A stretch of DNA of 64,000 bases from Mantamonas sphyraenae STR306 (Eukaryota > Protista > CRuMs): contig JAPMXV010000032.1 in NCBI GenBank assembly GCA_026936335.1, positions 62,001 to 126,000 of the forward strand, written 5' to 3'. The translations under genes were made by a program, and so were the position numbers. The notes under the pieces are model-generated. The model did not search any database. It worked only from the letters and a program-made list of their open reading frames with translations, and had not been told where the DNA came from. The first letter of the stretch is position 1; every line of letters starts with the position of its first letter. Positions 10,766 to 22,700 of the stretch are shown piece after piece.

Positions 10766-12268
10766 TCAATCGTCTGCGTCTGCCAGCGCGTCGGGAAGAA
10801 ACTTGCCCGGATTTAGGATACCGTTCGGATCCAAGACCTGCTTGATGGCCCTCATGGCCTCAATACTCTCTTGGGACTGGCTCAATCCCATATAGTTGCG
10901 CTTTTGGCGTCCCAGGCCGTGCTCTGCGCTGATCGAGCCTCCGAGATCTCGGGTGAACTCGTACACTGCTGGTTCCAGGGTGTGCAGCACGCGATCGTTC
11001 TGCTCCAGAGTGGAAACATTCAAATGCAGGTTGCTGTCACCCATGTGACCGTAGCCGACGGTGATGGCCTCGGGAGCACACTCCGCAAGCTGCGAGCGCA
11101 TAGAGTCTACCAGCTCGTACATGCGGCTCAGGGGCAGGGACACATCGTACTTGTACACGTGTCCACGATGGGCCAAGGCCACAGGCACTCCTTCGCGGAT
11201 AGACCACAGGCCATCGGCCTCGCTTTCGCTGGAGGCAACCACGCCGTCCAACGCCACCTCTTGCTCCAAGGCTTCGGCCAGGAATCGCTCCATCTTGTCA
11301 CGGTCATGGTCGCTGTTGCTGCCTTGGGTCTCCATGACAACGTTGAAAGGATGGGCATCTGCCATCGGGTTGCGGACGTATTCCAGCTGCTCCTCGGCGA
11401 CTGCCAACGCCTGTGCATCCACAAACTCAAACGCACTCAGGATCTCGCCAAGCATGCGACGAGCAAGCGAAAACAGCTTCACACACTGTTCGAACGAATC
11501 CAACCCAAGGAACATGACCTGTCGACTCGCCGGCAACACGGGTGTGAACAGCGACACGGCCGTTACCACCCCCAGCGTGCCCTCGCTACCAATCATCAGG
11601 TTCTTCAGCGCATAGGACGTGTTGTCCTTCCGCAACGAGGTCGTTTTGCCGACCACGCTGCCGTCGGCCAATACGGCGCGCAAACCGGTCACGTTTGCGT
11701 GCAGCGAGCCATAGCGTAGGTAACGCAGTCCTCCTGCGTTGGTGGACACATTGCCTCCAATCTGGCAGCTTCCCTTGGCACCCAGATCCAGAGGCATCAT
11801 GTGGCCGTGCTTGCGCACATACTCGTCAACGGCCTGCAACACGGCGCCGGCCTGGACGTGCACAACCCCTGAGGCCTCATCAAACTCGAGAATCTTGTTC
11901 ATGCGCTCCATAGACAGCACCGCCTCGCTTTGGACGGGCACAGATCCTCCCACGAGACCTGTGTTGCCGCCAGCCGGAACCACGCCCAGCCTGCGTTCGT
12001 TGCAGTGCCGAAGCACAGCCTGCACCTGCTCCTCAGTCTTGGGCCGCAGCACTACAGCCGCATTGCCCTTGCTTTGGCCCAGCCAGTCAGTGTTGTATGC
12101 CTCCTTGTCTGCTTCGGCCGTGAGCACGCCCTTGCTGTCGAGGACACGCTCGAAGAAGTCCACGTCTGCATCCGACAGAGTGTTGAGCGTGCGGAATCCA
12201 TGACACCTGTGCACAGCGTACGCTCGACATGTGCTCGTACTGGAATGGCCCACACTACGTCTGAACAT
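10766..12268 (-). CDS. D2HGDH: D-2-hydroxyglutarate dehydrogenase, mitochondrial (FAD-linked oxidase)
   Basis: GGNTGLVGGSVP, PLDLGAKGSCQIGGNVSTNAGG, LRKDNT, GSEGTLG, YKYDVS, GHMGDSNLHLN, GSISAEHGLG; Arg-rich N-terminal presequence. Confidence 0.95.
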   Translation of the reverse strand: MFRRSVGHSSTSTCRAYAVHRCHGFRTLNTLSDADVDFFERVLDSKGVLTAEADKEAYNTDWLGQSKGNAAVVLRPKTEEQVQAVLRHCNERRLGVVPAGGNTGLVGGSVPVQSEAVLSMERMNKILEFDEASGVVHVQAGAVLQAVDEYVRKHGHMMPLDLGAKGSCQIGGNVSTNAGGLRYLRYGSLHANVTGLRAVLADGSVVGKTTSLRKDNTSYALKNLMIGSEGTLGVVTAVSLFTPVLPASRQVMFLGLDSFEQCVKLFSLARRMLGEILSAFEFVDAQALAVAEEQLEYVRNPMADAHPFNVVMETQGSNSDHDRDKMERFLAEALEQEVALDGVVASSESEADGLWSIREGVPVALAHRGHVYKYDVSLPLSRMYELVDSMRSQLAECAPEAITVGYGHMGDSNLHLNVSTLEQNDRVLHTLEPAVYEFTRDLGGSISAEHGLGRQKRNYMGLSQSQESIEAMRAIKQVLDPNGILNPGKFLPDALADADD

Positions 12269-12379
12269 TTGGTCTGCGGGCGCGGTCTGGTCAGGTCACC
12301 ATCAACTTCGCACGAATGGCAACATCAACATCAACACCATCACCAACCCAAAATGCCTATTTATAGGATCTGTGTGTGC

Positions 12380-15300
12380 TCACATCAACACGGCGGGAGG
12401 AATACCGGCAAACTGCCCGGCGAGAAAGGCCGCTTGGTACGCAGGGCCAAACATATTGCGCACAAACGCGAGAAAGGTGACGATAATGGTGATATGGGTG
12501 AGAGCCCAGCACATGACAAAGTTGATCCAGCCAAAGTGTTCGTAGCGACGCTGCCAGGCTGTGACGACAGGGATGCCTTCGCGCAACTCCATCACGACGC
12601 AAATGGTGTCGCCGATGAGCTCGGTCACCAGCTGGTACAACCCTCCGAGAAGGTGTTCCTGCATGTTGGTCACGCCTGTGGGGGACAGGTTGACGTTGAA
12701 GATGGCCATAAACGAGGTGGCAATAATGATGGCTGCGACCTCGGAGCCCATGTCCAAAACCACAAACTGTGCAATGCGTCCGCGGTGGCCAGCCAGACGG
12801 TCTTGCCATGGCCGCTGCGGATCATCGCGTGACTCGGACGACATTCCAGCCGGCGTGAGATCGGGTGTGTCCTCCTTGACGCGTGCTTTGGGGTGTGTGG
12901 CAATGCCACGTCTCAGCAAGCCTTCGCTCGGATCGGCTACGCTCCCGCCGCTGCTGCTGTAGCTGCCACGAGACGAAGGGGCACGAGATGAATTAGCAGA
13001 TGACTTGCGTGAGCCTGGCATAGATTCCACCTCGATGGTGGTGTCGCCCACTGTGACAATGCTGGACCTTGACGGTCCACCGGAGCCTTGGCTCGCGTCG
13101 CTTCCTCGCCCGCTGCGCAAGCTGCCACGACTGGCTCTGCCTCGGATAGGACTGCCGCGCATGGGATTGTACATGGCGTTGGCACCACGCAGCTGCGTAC
13201 CCCCACCCATTGCTCCCTGCAGCGCACCGCCATCAAGCAGCAGTTTGCGCCCGACCCGCTTCGCCTGCGCTTCCCGACGCTCAGCCGATCCCATGGCAGC
13301 CATTGTGTCATCTGCAGGAGACAGAGGCATGGAAAACGCCTCCAAGTCCTCTTCTGTGGTGATCGTCATTCCCGGGGTGCGCATGACTGGTCCTTCACGA
13401 AGCTCTTCCGTTCCTGCCGTCGTCTCGTCTTCATCTCCCTCCTGCTCTTCTTCCGCCTCGTCGACCACGGCACTGTGTGTGCTCGCATCGCTGCCGACAG
13501 AACGAGTCGGAGACGCACGTCTTGACTGCCCAACCTTCCCGCTTCGGCTGAGATTCATCTTTGAGCTGTCACCGTGGTCTTGCGCACCCGCGTTCTCGCC
13601 TTGCAGGCCCTCTTCCTCATTGCTAGAGCGCCTAGGCGTGTCGCCGTGTTGTTTAAACAGTTCCACTTCGTTGCGGAGGTTGCGCAAGGCATTCTGGCCA
13701 CGATTGTGCGCCATACGCGAATGGTAACCACCTTGTGTTTTGCGCATTGTCTTCCTGCGCCAGCCCATGCGCTGCTGATTGGTGTACTTGGAGCTTGACG
13801 TGCCGTGGCAGCATGAAAGACATGACAGGGATGCACAGGCGCCGTCACCCTCGCTCTCGTGCGTATTGCCATTCGACTGCCCGTGAGATGTTTCTTCCTC
13901 CTCGGATTCATCGCTGGACTCTCCCGCCCAGCTGACCATGGAAAGCTTGGATTCCGAGTGGATGAGAGTGGCGGTCGAACCTGTCGCCGCCGTGGGTGCA
14001 GTTGCGTTTTCAGGATCGGGCTCGTCCAGCACGGGGGTTTTCACAATGCGGTCATGTGTGCGCTCGTACAGGCGCGGATGGTGAGTGTAGAGCCAGGTCT
14101 CAAAAGTGGAGATGCCGCGGCGAAGGATGCGATCGCGGCGAAGGACCGTGAGTCGTGTGGCGACCTCGACAAGAGTGAGGGCCGTGGAACTGGCGAGCAG
14201 CCAGATGATGTTTGTGGACACGTTGGTGACCATGATGCGGCCAAACAGAGCAGCCGCATAGCAGAAAATGTACATGGTGACGTGCTGGGTGTTGGGAAGG
14301 CAGTCGGGGAACCTCATGAGGAAGCGGCCGCTCATAAAGGCCACTTCGACAAACATGGGGTGGAACACGAGGCGGATGATAAGACGGCCCGTGTCGGTAG
14401 TGTCGCCAAACGTGTACGGCAGTACGGTGTAGTAGATGAGAAAGGCCGCGACGGTGATGCACGAAGAGAGCACATAGCGGATCACAAGGCCTGCGTGGTT
14501 GAGGGATTTGTTGAGAATGCTCGCGTTGACAAAGGTGAGTAGGATGTTGAGGAACGGAGTGATGAAGATGGCTGCGTTGAGCTTGAGGTTGTAGGTCTGG
14601 ATGAGCAGGGTTTCCACGGCGTACACTGAAAGCACAATGAAAAACGCAGGGAGACACGTTTTCACTCGGAGCGGTTTCAGATTTTCGTAACCGTACTGGA
14701 CACCGAGGACGATGTAGCAGTAGCAGAGGTTGAGGATGAACTGGGAGGGTGCATTGTGCACGCGCACGGGTGTGAGGACAGATGACATGGGCGCTGCTAT
14801 GGCTGGGCATATGGCTGGGCATCGGAAACGGGCACAGAGAGCCTGGCAAGAGGGCGCGCTTGTCGTCGTTGACAAAAACTCGGGCCCCGACCAAGGTGAA
14901 CATGACGCCATGGTCTGTGCACACTGTGCTCAGCCTAGACAAGCATCCACGTACCGTGTTGAGAGCCATGTCGATGGACCAAAACCAAGCCTGGAGGGCT
15001 GGAACATGCTGCGTGTCTGCGGGGTGCGCAAAAAAAAGGGTCCGAAAAGTGGGGGGCGCGAGGTCAGACGCGGGGTTCGGCAGGGAGCAGGCGCAAGGAA
15101 AAAGCACAAACGCGTGTGCAACGGTCAACCACAGCAACCTACCCCAGCGCTCAAACATCCAGTAGGCCTGTGGCAACCACTTCTCGTACACAAGCCATGC
15201 CACAATGGGCACCGTCATGATGCCAAAGTGTGCGTGGATGCGCACGACAACACCCAAAGCCAAGCTGAAGGCGTTACGACGCTGTAGGACACCAGCGCAG

Positions 15301-15574
15301 TACCCAATTGCACGAAACAACAGCACAACACACACGGAACGGGGCGGTATCGGTGCACAGAGAACAGTGTCAGTAAGGATGTCACAGCGACACGGCGCAT
15401 TTCGCAACGCTTCCGAGCAAGAAAAGCCCTCACCTCGTGCTTCGTTTCCTCGTCTTCCGCATCCGCTTCAGGGTTGAGCGACGATGCCGAGTCACGCCGC
15501 TCCCCAGGCGCGTCCGCGGTGCCCCAGTTGCCCCACTGGCGGAAGCGAGGAGGGGAAGCCGTCGGGTCGGCCAT
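12380..15574 (-). CDS. Multi-pass membrane protein with a large disordered cytoplasmic loop
   Basis: Exons approx. 15574-15434, 15281-15143, 14998-14955, 14740-12380, joined by phase-compatible GT-AG introns. About 7 hydrophobic helices N-terminal and 3 C-terminal to a ~420-aa Ser/Gly/Arg-rich loop. Confidence 0.7.
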
Positions 15575-15598
15575 CGAAAAGAGTTTTTGTTGCAGGAG

Positions 15599-15779
15599 AT
15601 GGCGGGAGCGGACGACGCCATGGACGTGGAGGTGGAGGTGGAACTCACAGAAGCCGAAGCCGAGCTGTACGATAGGCAGATTCGACTGTGGGGAGCAGGC
15701 GCGCAGAAGCGGATAGGAGACGCTCATGTGCTCATCGTGGGTGTCAACGCACTCACGTGCGAGATCGGCAAGAACCTAG

Positions 15780-15825
<46 letters not shown>

Positions 15826-16859
15826 GCGGGTGACAGGTGGGGTTATGAAAGACACAAAGGCTCGCAGCAGCTCACACCCGTTCTCGCAGTGTTGGCCGGA
15901 ATCGGCTCGCTGACGCTGTGCGATGCACGCGACGTGGAAGAGGAAAACCTGGGGGCGATGTTCTTTGCCGATGCACAGAGCGTGGGCGTGAACAAGGCCA
16001 AGGCGGTGCAGGAGCGCATCCAGGAGCTGAACCCACTGGTCTCTGTGAACATCGACGACGCGGACGTCACTGCCTCGGGATGGTCGCTTGACGACTCGGT
16101 CACATTGGTGGTGGCGTCAGACCTGACAGATGCCCAATATGTGGAGCTGAACGCGGCGTGCAGAGCCACGGGTGCGTACTTCCTGTGGTGCCAAGCCCAC
16201 GGTTACTTTGGTGTGTCTTTTGAGGATCTGGGCTCTGAGTACGCCTACACACTGTGAGTGACGAGGAGAGGGGGGAGCGATAGACATTGGCGGTGTGTTT
16301 GTGGCGTGTGTCTCTGGTGGGATTTGGCACTGACAACCGGTCTGTGTGTGTCCGCCCACACAGTACGGTGGAACGGCGGAAGGACGACGAGACTACAAGC
16401 GAGCAGACGCAGGAGACAGCTTCATTTGTGACGTACAAAGAGGCAGTAGAGTCATCGCACAAGCACATGAAACGGCCTGCTCGTCTGCTGTACGCCATGC
16501 TGGCCCTGCGCGAGTTTGAGAACCACGAGAAGCGTGCCCCGGAGTCAAAGGACGTGAAAGCATTGCTGGCAAGCGCCACGGACATGATGAACAGCATGGG
16601 TGCACGCCGTGTGCCGAAGGACCTGAACGAAGAGTTTGTTGCCATGCTGGTGGAGAGCTACGGGTGTGAAATCGCACCTGTTTGCGCTGTCCTCGGTGGT
16701 CTGCTGGCACAAGAGGTCATCAAGGTGCTGAGTGCCAACAACACCCCAATGATGAACACCATGCTGTTTGACGGCTACCACAGCACCTGTATCGTGGAGC
16801 AGCTTGGCGATTGCACCGACTCGGCCAACCAGGCGCAGGTGGTACTCGTCGAGTTGTGA
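15599..16859 (+). CDS. SAE1: SUMO-activating enzyme subunit 1 (Aos1), ThiF family
   Basis: LYDRQIRLWG, EIGKNLVLAGIGSLTL, ELNPLV, APVCAVLGGLLAQEVIK. Introns 15780-15889 and 16254-16363. Confidence 0.9.
15785..15823 (+). repeat. (GT)n microsatellite in SAE1 intron 1
   Basis: About 19 tandem GT/TG units. Confidence 0.9.
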
Positions 16860-16871
16860 GCAAAAGGTGGC

Positions 16872-17800
16872 ATGAGCACAGGGGAGGCGATGGCGCATGC
16901 TGATGTGAATGAAATGGATGGCCTGCAATATATCGCCATGGTGCGCAAAGAGGCGGCGGAGCTGGAGGCTGGACGCAAGCAGCGAACAAAGCTGAATCCG
17001 CCACGTGAGGATCACAAAATGCGGGACATACTTGCAACACAGGATGTGGAGAATGTGGAGGCATCTCAGACACACGACGAGGACGTGGTGGTTGCTTCCG
17101 CGCTCTCCGACTTTGGTGGCCTTCCAGTCGAGCCCGAGGTTACCGTGGCACACGGAAGGCCTCACGGACGTTGGTTGGATGACACAGGGTACTACTTTGC
17201 AGAAGTACACCAGGGGCTTCTCCGCTGTCGAGCGGTGGGGGCGATACCAGAGGCGGACGCAGGTGCGCTCGAACAACCTTGTACAGACGGGAACGGTGGC
17301 TTTTCCGACGAGGCGTGGCTGGAATACATAGAAAAGGAGGCTCCACGCGTGTCTGTGCTGCTCCCAATGGAGCAAGTGGAGGTACGACGCGTGTTGGGTG
17401 TGCTGATCAACGACTCTGTGGACAACTCGAGTGTCCTGGATTGGCAACGGGGTGCATGGCTGTACGCAATGCTGAGTAGGCTTGAGAAGCCGCTGACTGA
17501 AGGTAAGCTGGGTGAGATGTGATGCAGGTCCAGGTCCAGCGTCCGTGTGAAGCAGGTACACCTCGAGCGTTGGGGAAGCAGGCCTCTTCAACGCCCCAGC
17601 TGACATCCAGCCATTCACCTGCTTCACTAGATACGGCAGCTATGTTGTCCACTCTTGCAGATCACCTGAAACAGGTGCGGGCAGGTCTCGGCCAAGGCGA
17701 GCCGCGGTCACAGGAAGACGGAGAGGACGACACGCTGGCGTACTGCAACGTATTGCTCACTGTTCTCTGCGCGTTCTTTCGTGCCTGTAAACGTGTGTGA
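16872..17800 (+). CDS. GEMIN2: Gemin2 / SMN-interacting protein 1
   Basis: DGLQYIAMVRKEA N-terminal motif, WLYAMLSRLEKPL, C-terminal CNVLLTVLCAFF; intron 17503-17630. Confidence 0.8.
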
Positions 17801-17884
17801 GCCGACCCATGATGCGAAGGAGGGATGAAGCCGCTCGATGCAACCCAACGAAACAAAACAACTGTTCTTGCATTAACACCCTTC

Positions 17885-19672
17885 ATGTCCTCGTCCGGGG
17901 GCAACATCCCCTACGAACAGCTAGATGAAGAGCACGCGTTGTTGGTCAAGAGTCTGGCCAGTGGCGTTCAGCGCCAGGTGCAGGAGAAGGAGGCGCGCCT
18001 CGAGCTTCGCCTAGAACGAAGCCTGCACGCAAAGTACAGCCTCAACGAGTGGCGCGAAATGATCTTGGAGGTGGTCAAAGTGACAGTGGCCATCTTTGGC
18101 GCCGTACGAACCATTCTTTCGCTCGATGGCGCGACCGTGCCGGACGAAACCAAACTGGTCGTGGAAATGAGCGCCCTGTTCCTGGGCTTTGGTCTGGCCG
18201 TGTGGAGCGCACGCAGGATGGTGCGCACACAGCGCGAGTCGGTGCAGGAGGAGCAGCGCAAAAAGGGGAGGGTGTCCTTGTGGTTGCGCGCGACGCTGGA
18301 TGCAGACAAGAGCCAGCACTTGGAGCAGATGAGCCAGCAGAACGAGAAGCTGGAGGATTTGAAAGGAAGCATCGAAGATCTGATGAAAGACCACGCAGCC
18401 TCGTTGGAAGAGGCCAAGCAAACGCAAAAGGAAATGCTGGAGAACTTGATGCTGATTCAGCGCGAAGCGGCAGCGCGCGCTTCACAGGAAACGCAGGAAA
18501 CGCAGAGTGCAGCACAGTTGCTGCAAAGGGTGGTCCAGGAAGAGTTGAACGAAGTTGAAGAACAGCTGATCCAGGAGGAGGAGAAGGAGCGCGCGCTTCA
18601 CGCGCAGCTGCGCACCATGGAAGCCAGTTCAGCGCAGATCTTGCACAAGGACAACAAGGACAATGAGCAAGAAAGGTTGTTGAAGGAGTTGACGAGGCAG
18701 AAGAAGACGGTGGAAGAGCGAAACGAGGTGCTGCACGCACGACGGGCTGCGCTGCGAACGGTCATCGAACATGCTGAGGCTGCGCGCAAGGGAGGCAGTG
18801 TGCACGAGGAACTCGTCGAACGAGCTCGTCAGTCCATGGATGAGCTCATGCGCGACAGCGATCTGTCGACAAATGAGATGTCCGCAAAGCGCGATCATCT
18901 GGTTGCAGCTCTGCAGCACCTGCAACGCTCTGTGGTGGAAACCGCCATCTCAGAAACAAACGCAGCCCACAACAACGTACGGGAAGTTGAAGAGGATCTC
19001 GGCGAGGATTTTGCAGACATGGACATGGAGGACGACGGTGTTGAAGACGGAAAGGAAATTGTCTCGAAAATCCTGGTTGTCGGTGAGGTCGGCACAGGGA
19101 AAACGACGCTGATTCATCGTGCAGTGACAGGTAGGTTCACCAAGGAGTACAAGGCGACAATTGGTGCGGATTTTGCGATCAAAACCGTGGAGGTCCGTGG
19201 CACCCCTGTCAAACTGCAATTGTGGGACATCGCAGGGCAAGAGCGCTTCGGCCAAATGACCAGAGTGTACTACAAGCATGCAGAAGCTGCATTGGTCGTA
19301 CATGATGTGAGCAGGCCCTCATCGTCGCTGGAAGGGACTGCAAAGTGGCTGGCGGATGTTCGCCAACGCGTGCGGCTGGAGGACGACGACAGGGACCTTC
19401 CGTGTCTGCTCATCGGCAACAAGATCGACCTGCGTGAGACTGTCACTGAGGATGTGACCACAGATTCACAGCTTCAGGAACTTGCGCTGCGTTTCCAGTT
19501 GCTCGGTGTCGAGCTGGTGTCAACAAAGAACGGGGACAACATCGAGAATCCGTTTGAAAGGATCGCATCCACGGTGCTGAAAAACCACCGAGCGGCGCGC
19601 AGGGCTCGCCGGGCGGACGATGGTGTGGTGCGGCTTCAGCGCGACCACGCGCGGCAGGGGTGCTGCGCGTGA
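17885..19672 (+). CDS. Large Rab32/38/29-type GTPase with N-terminal 2-TM hairpin and long coiled coil
   Basis: C-terminal Rab domain GEVGTGKT, YKATIGADF, WDIAGQERF (the WDIAGQE variant is typical of Rab32/38/29), GNKID, C-terminal CC. Upstream ~390 aa in the same ORF. Confidence 0.85.
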   Translation: MSSSGGNIPYEQLDEEHALLVKSLASGVQRQVQEKEARLELRLERSLHAKYSLNEWREMILEVVKVTVAIFGAVRTILSLDGATVPDETKLVVEMSALFLGFGLAVWSARRMVRTQRESVQEEQRKKGRVSLWLRATLDADKSQHLEQMSQQNEKLEDLKGSIEDLMKDHAASLEEAKQTQKEMLENLMLIQREAAARASQETQETQSAAQLLQRVVQEELNEVEEQLIQEEEKERALHAQLRTMEASSAQILHKDNKDNEQERLLKELTRQKKTVEERNEVLHARRAALRTVIEHAEAARKGGSVHEELVERARQSMDELMRDSDLSTNEMSAKRDHLVAALQHLQRSVVETAISETNAAHNNVREVEEDLGEDFADMDMEDDGVEDGKEIVSKILVVGEVGTGKTTLIHRAVTGRFTKEYKATIGADFAIKTVEVRGTPVKLQLWDIAGQERFGQMTRVYYKHAEAALVVHDVSRPSSSLEGTAKWLADVRQRVRLEDDDRDLPCLLIGNKIDLRETVTEDVTTDSQLQELALRFQLLGVELVSTKNGDNIENPFERIASTVLKNHRAARRARRADDGVVRLQRDHARQGCCA

Positions 19673-19715
19673 CTTGCCAACCCATTGTCCCCGCACCCCC
19701 GTCACACACGCAACC

Positions 19716-22700
19716 ATGTCCTCCAACGATTTTGAAGAGTGCGAGGACATGATCCTCATGAAGAATCTCACCGAAGAGGCCTTGCTGGAGAACCTCAAGG
19801 TTCGCTTTGCCAAGGACGAGGTTTATGTACGTTGATTACCCACCAGCACACCCCGAGCGCTCTACGTCAATGTGTGCACATGTTGGACTTGCGTCTTGTT
19901 CTGTGTATGATGCGCTGGGCGTGCATGAGAGAGCGAGCAACTCCGCGCTAACCTACGTCGTCCGCACACGCGCAGACATACACGGGCTCCATTCTGGTCT
20001 CTGTCAACCCGTACCAGCGATTCGACATCTACAACAACGACATCATCCGCTCGTACCAGGGGATGCCTCTGGGCCAGCTGCCGCCGCACATCTTTGCCAT
20101 CGCCGACAACGCGTACTCTCAGATGCGCACCCACAACCGCAACCAGAGCGTGCTCATCTCCGGTGAAAGCGGAGCGGGCAAAACGGAAGCCACCAAACTC
20201 ATCATGCAATACCTGGCGGCCATCACCAGCCAGCACAGCTGGGTTGAGCAGCAGATCTTGGAGGCCAACCCTGTGCTGGAAGCCTTTGGCAACGCCAAGA
20301 CTGTGCGCAACAACAACTCCTCCCGCTTCGGCAAGTACTCTGAAATCAACTTTGACGGCAACGGGCACATTTGTGGCGCCAGCATCCGCGAGTGTACGTC
20401 CCGCGCAGGACCGGCAGTCCTCGGAGGCCCCCTTTTTGTTTGTCAGCCCTCCCCTTTTCTCACACCCACCCTCTGCGCGTGGCCCTGGCCACCCACCGTC
20501 CGCCCTTCCCTACCCACATTCCTTGCCCGTCCGTCCACACGCAGATCTGCTGGAAAAGGTACGCATCATGTCCCGGCATGGCCTGCGAGCAAGCCCTCAC
20601 CATGAGGACCCCTGTGCTCGTCATTCCCTCGCTCCGCCTCCCCCGACACCCTCCGCTCCCTTGGCACACCGCTTTCCTCCTCTCTCGTTGGCCCTTTGGC
20701 ATCACCTCTAACCCGACTTTCACTCTCTGTGTCCAATCCCGTCCTCCCACCACAGTCTCGCCTCGTGTACCAGGCAGACGGCGAGCGAAACTACCACATC
20801 TTCTACCAGCTCTGCCGTGGTGCCGACGACGCCCTCAAGGGTACGCTGCCACCCATTTGACGCCACTCCTTCCTTTCCGTGGCCATATCTTTGTCGCCTG
20901 GTGCCAATCTGACCCCTTTCCACAAACACCCACGCACAGAGGAGCTTTTTCTCGGTGATCCAGCCGACTATCACTACCTCAACCAGGGTAGCACCGAAGT
21001 AGCAAACATGGACGATGCCAAAGAGTTTTCTGATGTCACCGTACGTTCGGGGCGTGCGCATCGCACTCAGCGGGCATCAGTGTGCATCGGAACACTCACA
21101 CCAAAACTCACGCGTTCGAACCCTTCAGAAAGCACTGGAGGTGCTCGGCTTTACCGAGGACGAGCGCAGGGACATTTTTCGAGCCACTGCAGCCGTCATG
21201 CATCTCGGTGACATGGTCTTTACGCAAAACGCACAGGACTACAGCAGCGTGGAGAGCTCGGATAAGTTGGCGATTGTTGCAGATTTGCTCAAAGTCGAGA
21301 GCGAGGCGTTGGAGCTGGCACTGTGCAAGCGCACTGTCAAGGCCGGCATGGAGTTTGTCACGGTCAACCTGAACCAGGCGGACGCCGAAGTGTCGCGAGA
21401 CGCGTTGGCCAAGGCCTTGTACGGCTCCCTCTTCAGCTGGCTGGTGAAACGCATCAATGACTGCATCGGCAACGGCGCAAAGGAATCCTTTATTGGCGTG
21501 CTGGACATTTTTGGCTTTGAAAACTTTGGTGTCAACCGCTTCGAGCAGTTTTGCATCAACTATGCGAACGAGAAGCTGCATCAGCACTTCAACCAGTACA
21601 TCTTCAAACTGGAGCAGGTGGCGTATGACGAGGAGGGCATCAACTGGGAAAAGATCTCCTTCAACGACAACGCAGAGTGCCTGGAGCTGATCGAGGCCAA
21701 GAGCACCGGCGTGCTTGCGCGCCTGGACGAGGAGTGCCGCGTGCCGCGTGGTTCCGACGACAACTACCTGCAAAAGATGAATGCAGAGCTGCAGAGCGAG
21801 TACTACAGCAAGCCTCGAGCGCCCGGCCAGTTTTCCATCAATCATTACGCCGGTGCGGTCAACTACGTCGTTGAGGGCTTCCTCGAGAAGAACAAGGACA
21901 CGCTGTTTGAAGATTTGATCAAGGTGATGCAAAGCAGCAGCAGCGCAGTGATTGCATCGTTGTTTGCGCCTCCCGAAGAAGAGGAGCAACAGGAAGAGGC
22001 AAGCAGCTCGGGCAGACGCGGTGGAGGCCGTGGCAAAAAGGCAGGGCGTTCAACCATCGGCATGAAGTTCCGCAAGCAATTGCAGAGCCTCATGGACAGC
22101 CTGAGCGCAACTAGCCCTCACTACGTGCGCTGCTTGAAGCCAAACACAGAGAAGAAGCCCGTGCTGTTTACGGACGAACTGGTGATGGCGCAGTTGCGCT
22201 ACTCCGGTATGTTGGACACCATTCGCATCCGCAGGTCGGGCTATCCGATCCGCTACGAATTCGACAAGTTTTACGACCGGTATCGAATGATCAACCCGTT
22301 CCACCCAAAGGGAGACACGATGAAGGAGAACATTGCAGCACTGCTGGCCTCACTCGAGGACAAAATCAACCAAGAGGACTACCAGGTGGGCCACACCAAG
22401 GTTTTCTTCCGCGACCAGCTGCAGCAGGATCTGGAGGAGCTGCGTGGCCAAACGCTGGGCATCTCGGCCATCATCATCCAAAAGAACTGGCGTGGCCGAG
22501 CTGCTCGTGTGTACTTCCTTGCCGCACGTGCCGCTGCCATCCGACTGCAGGCCCTGACACGCATGCGTCAGCAGCGCAAGCGATACCTGCGTCAAAAGTT
22601 TGCGGCCACGATTGTGCAAGCGGAAACACGCCGTATGCTCGCCGTGCGCAAGTACCGCCGCCTCCGCTTCCTCACCACCGTCCTCCAAGCGCAAACACGC

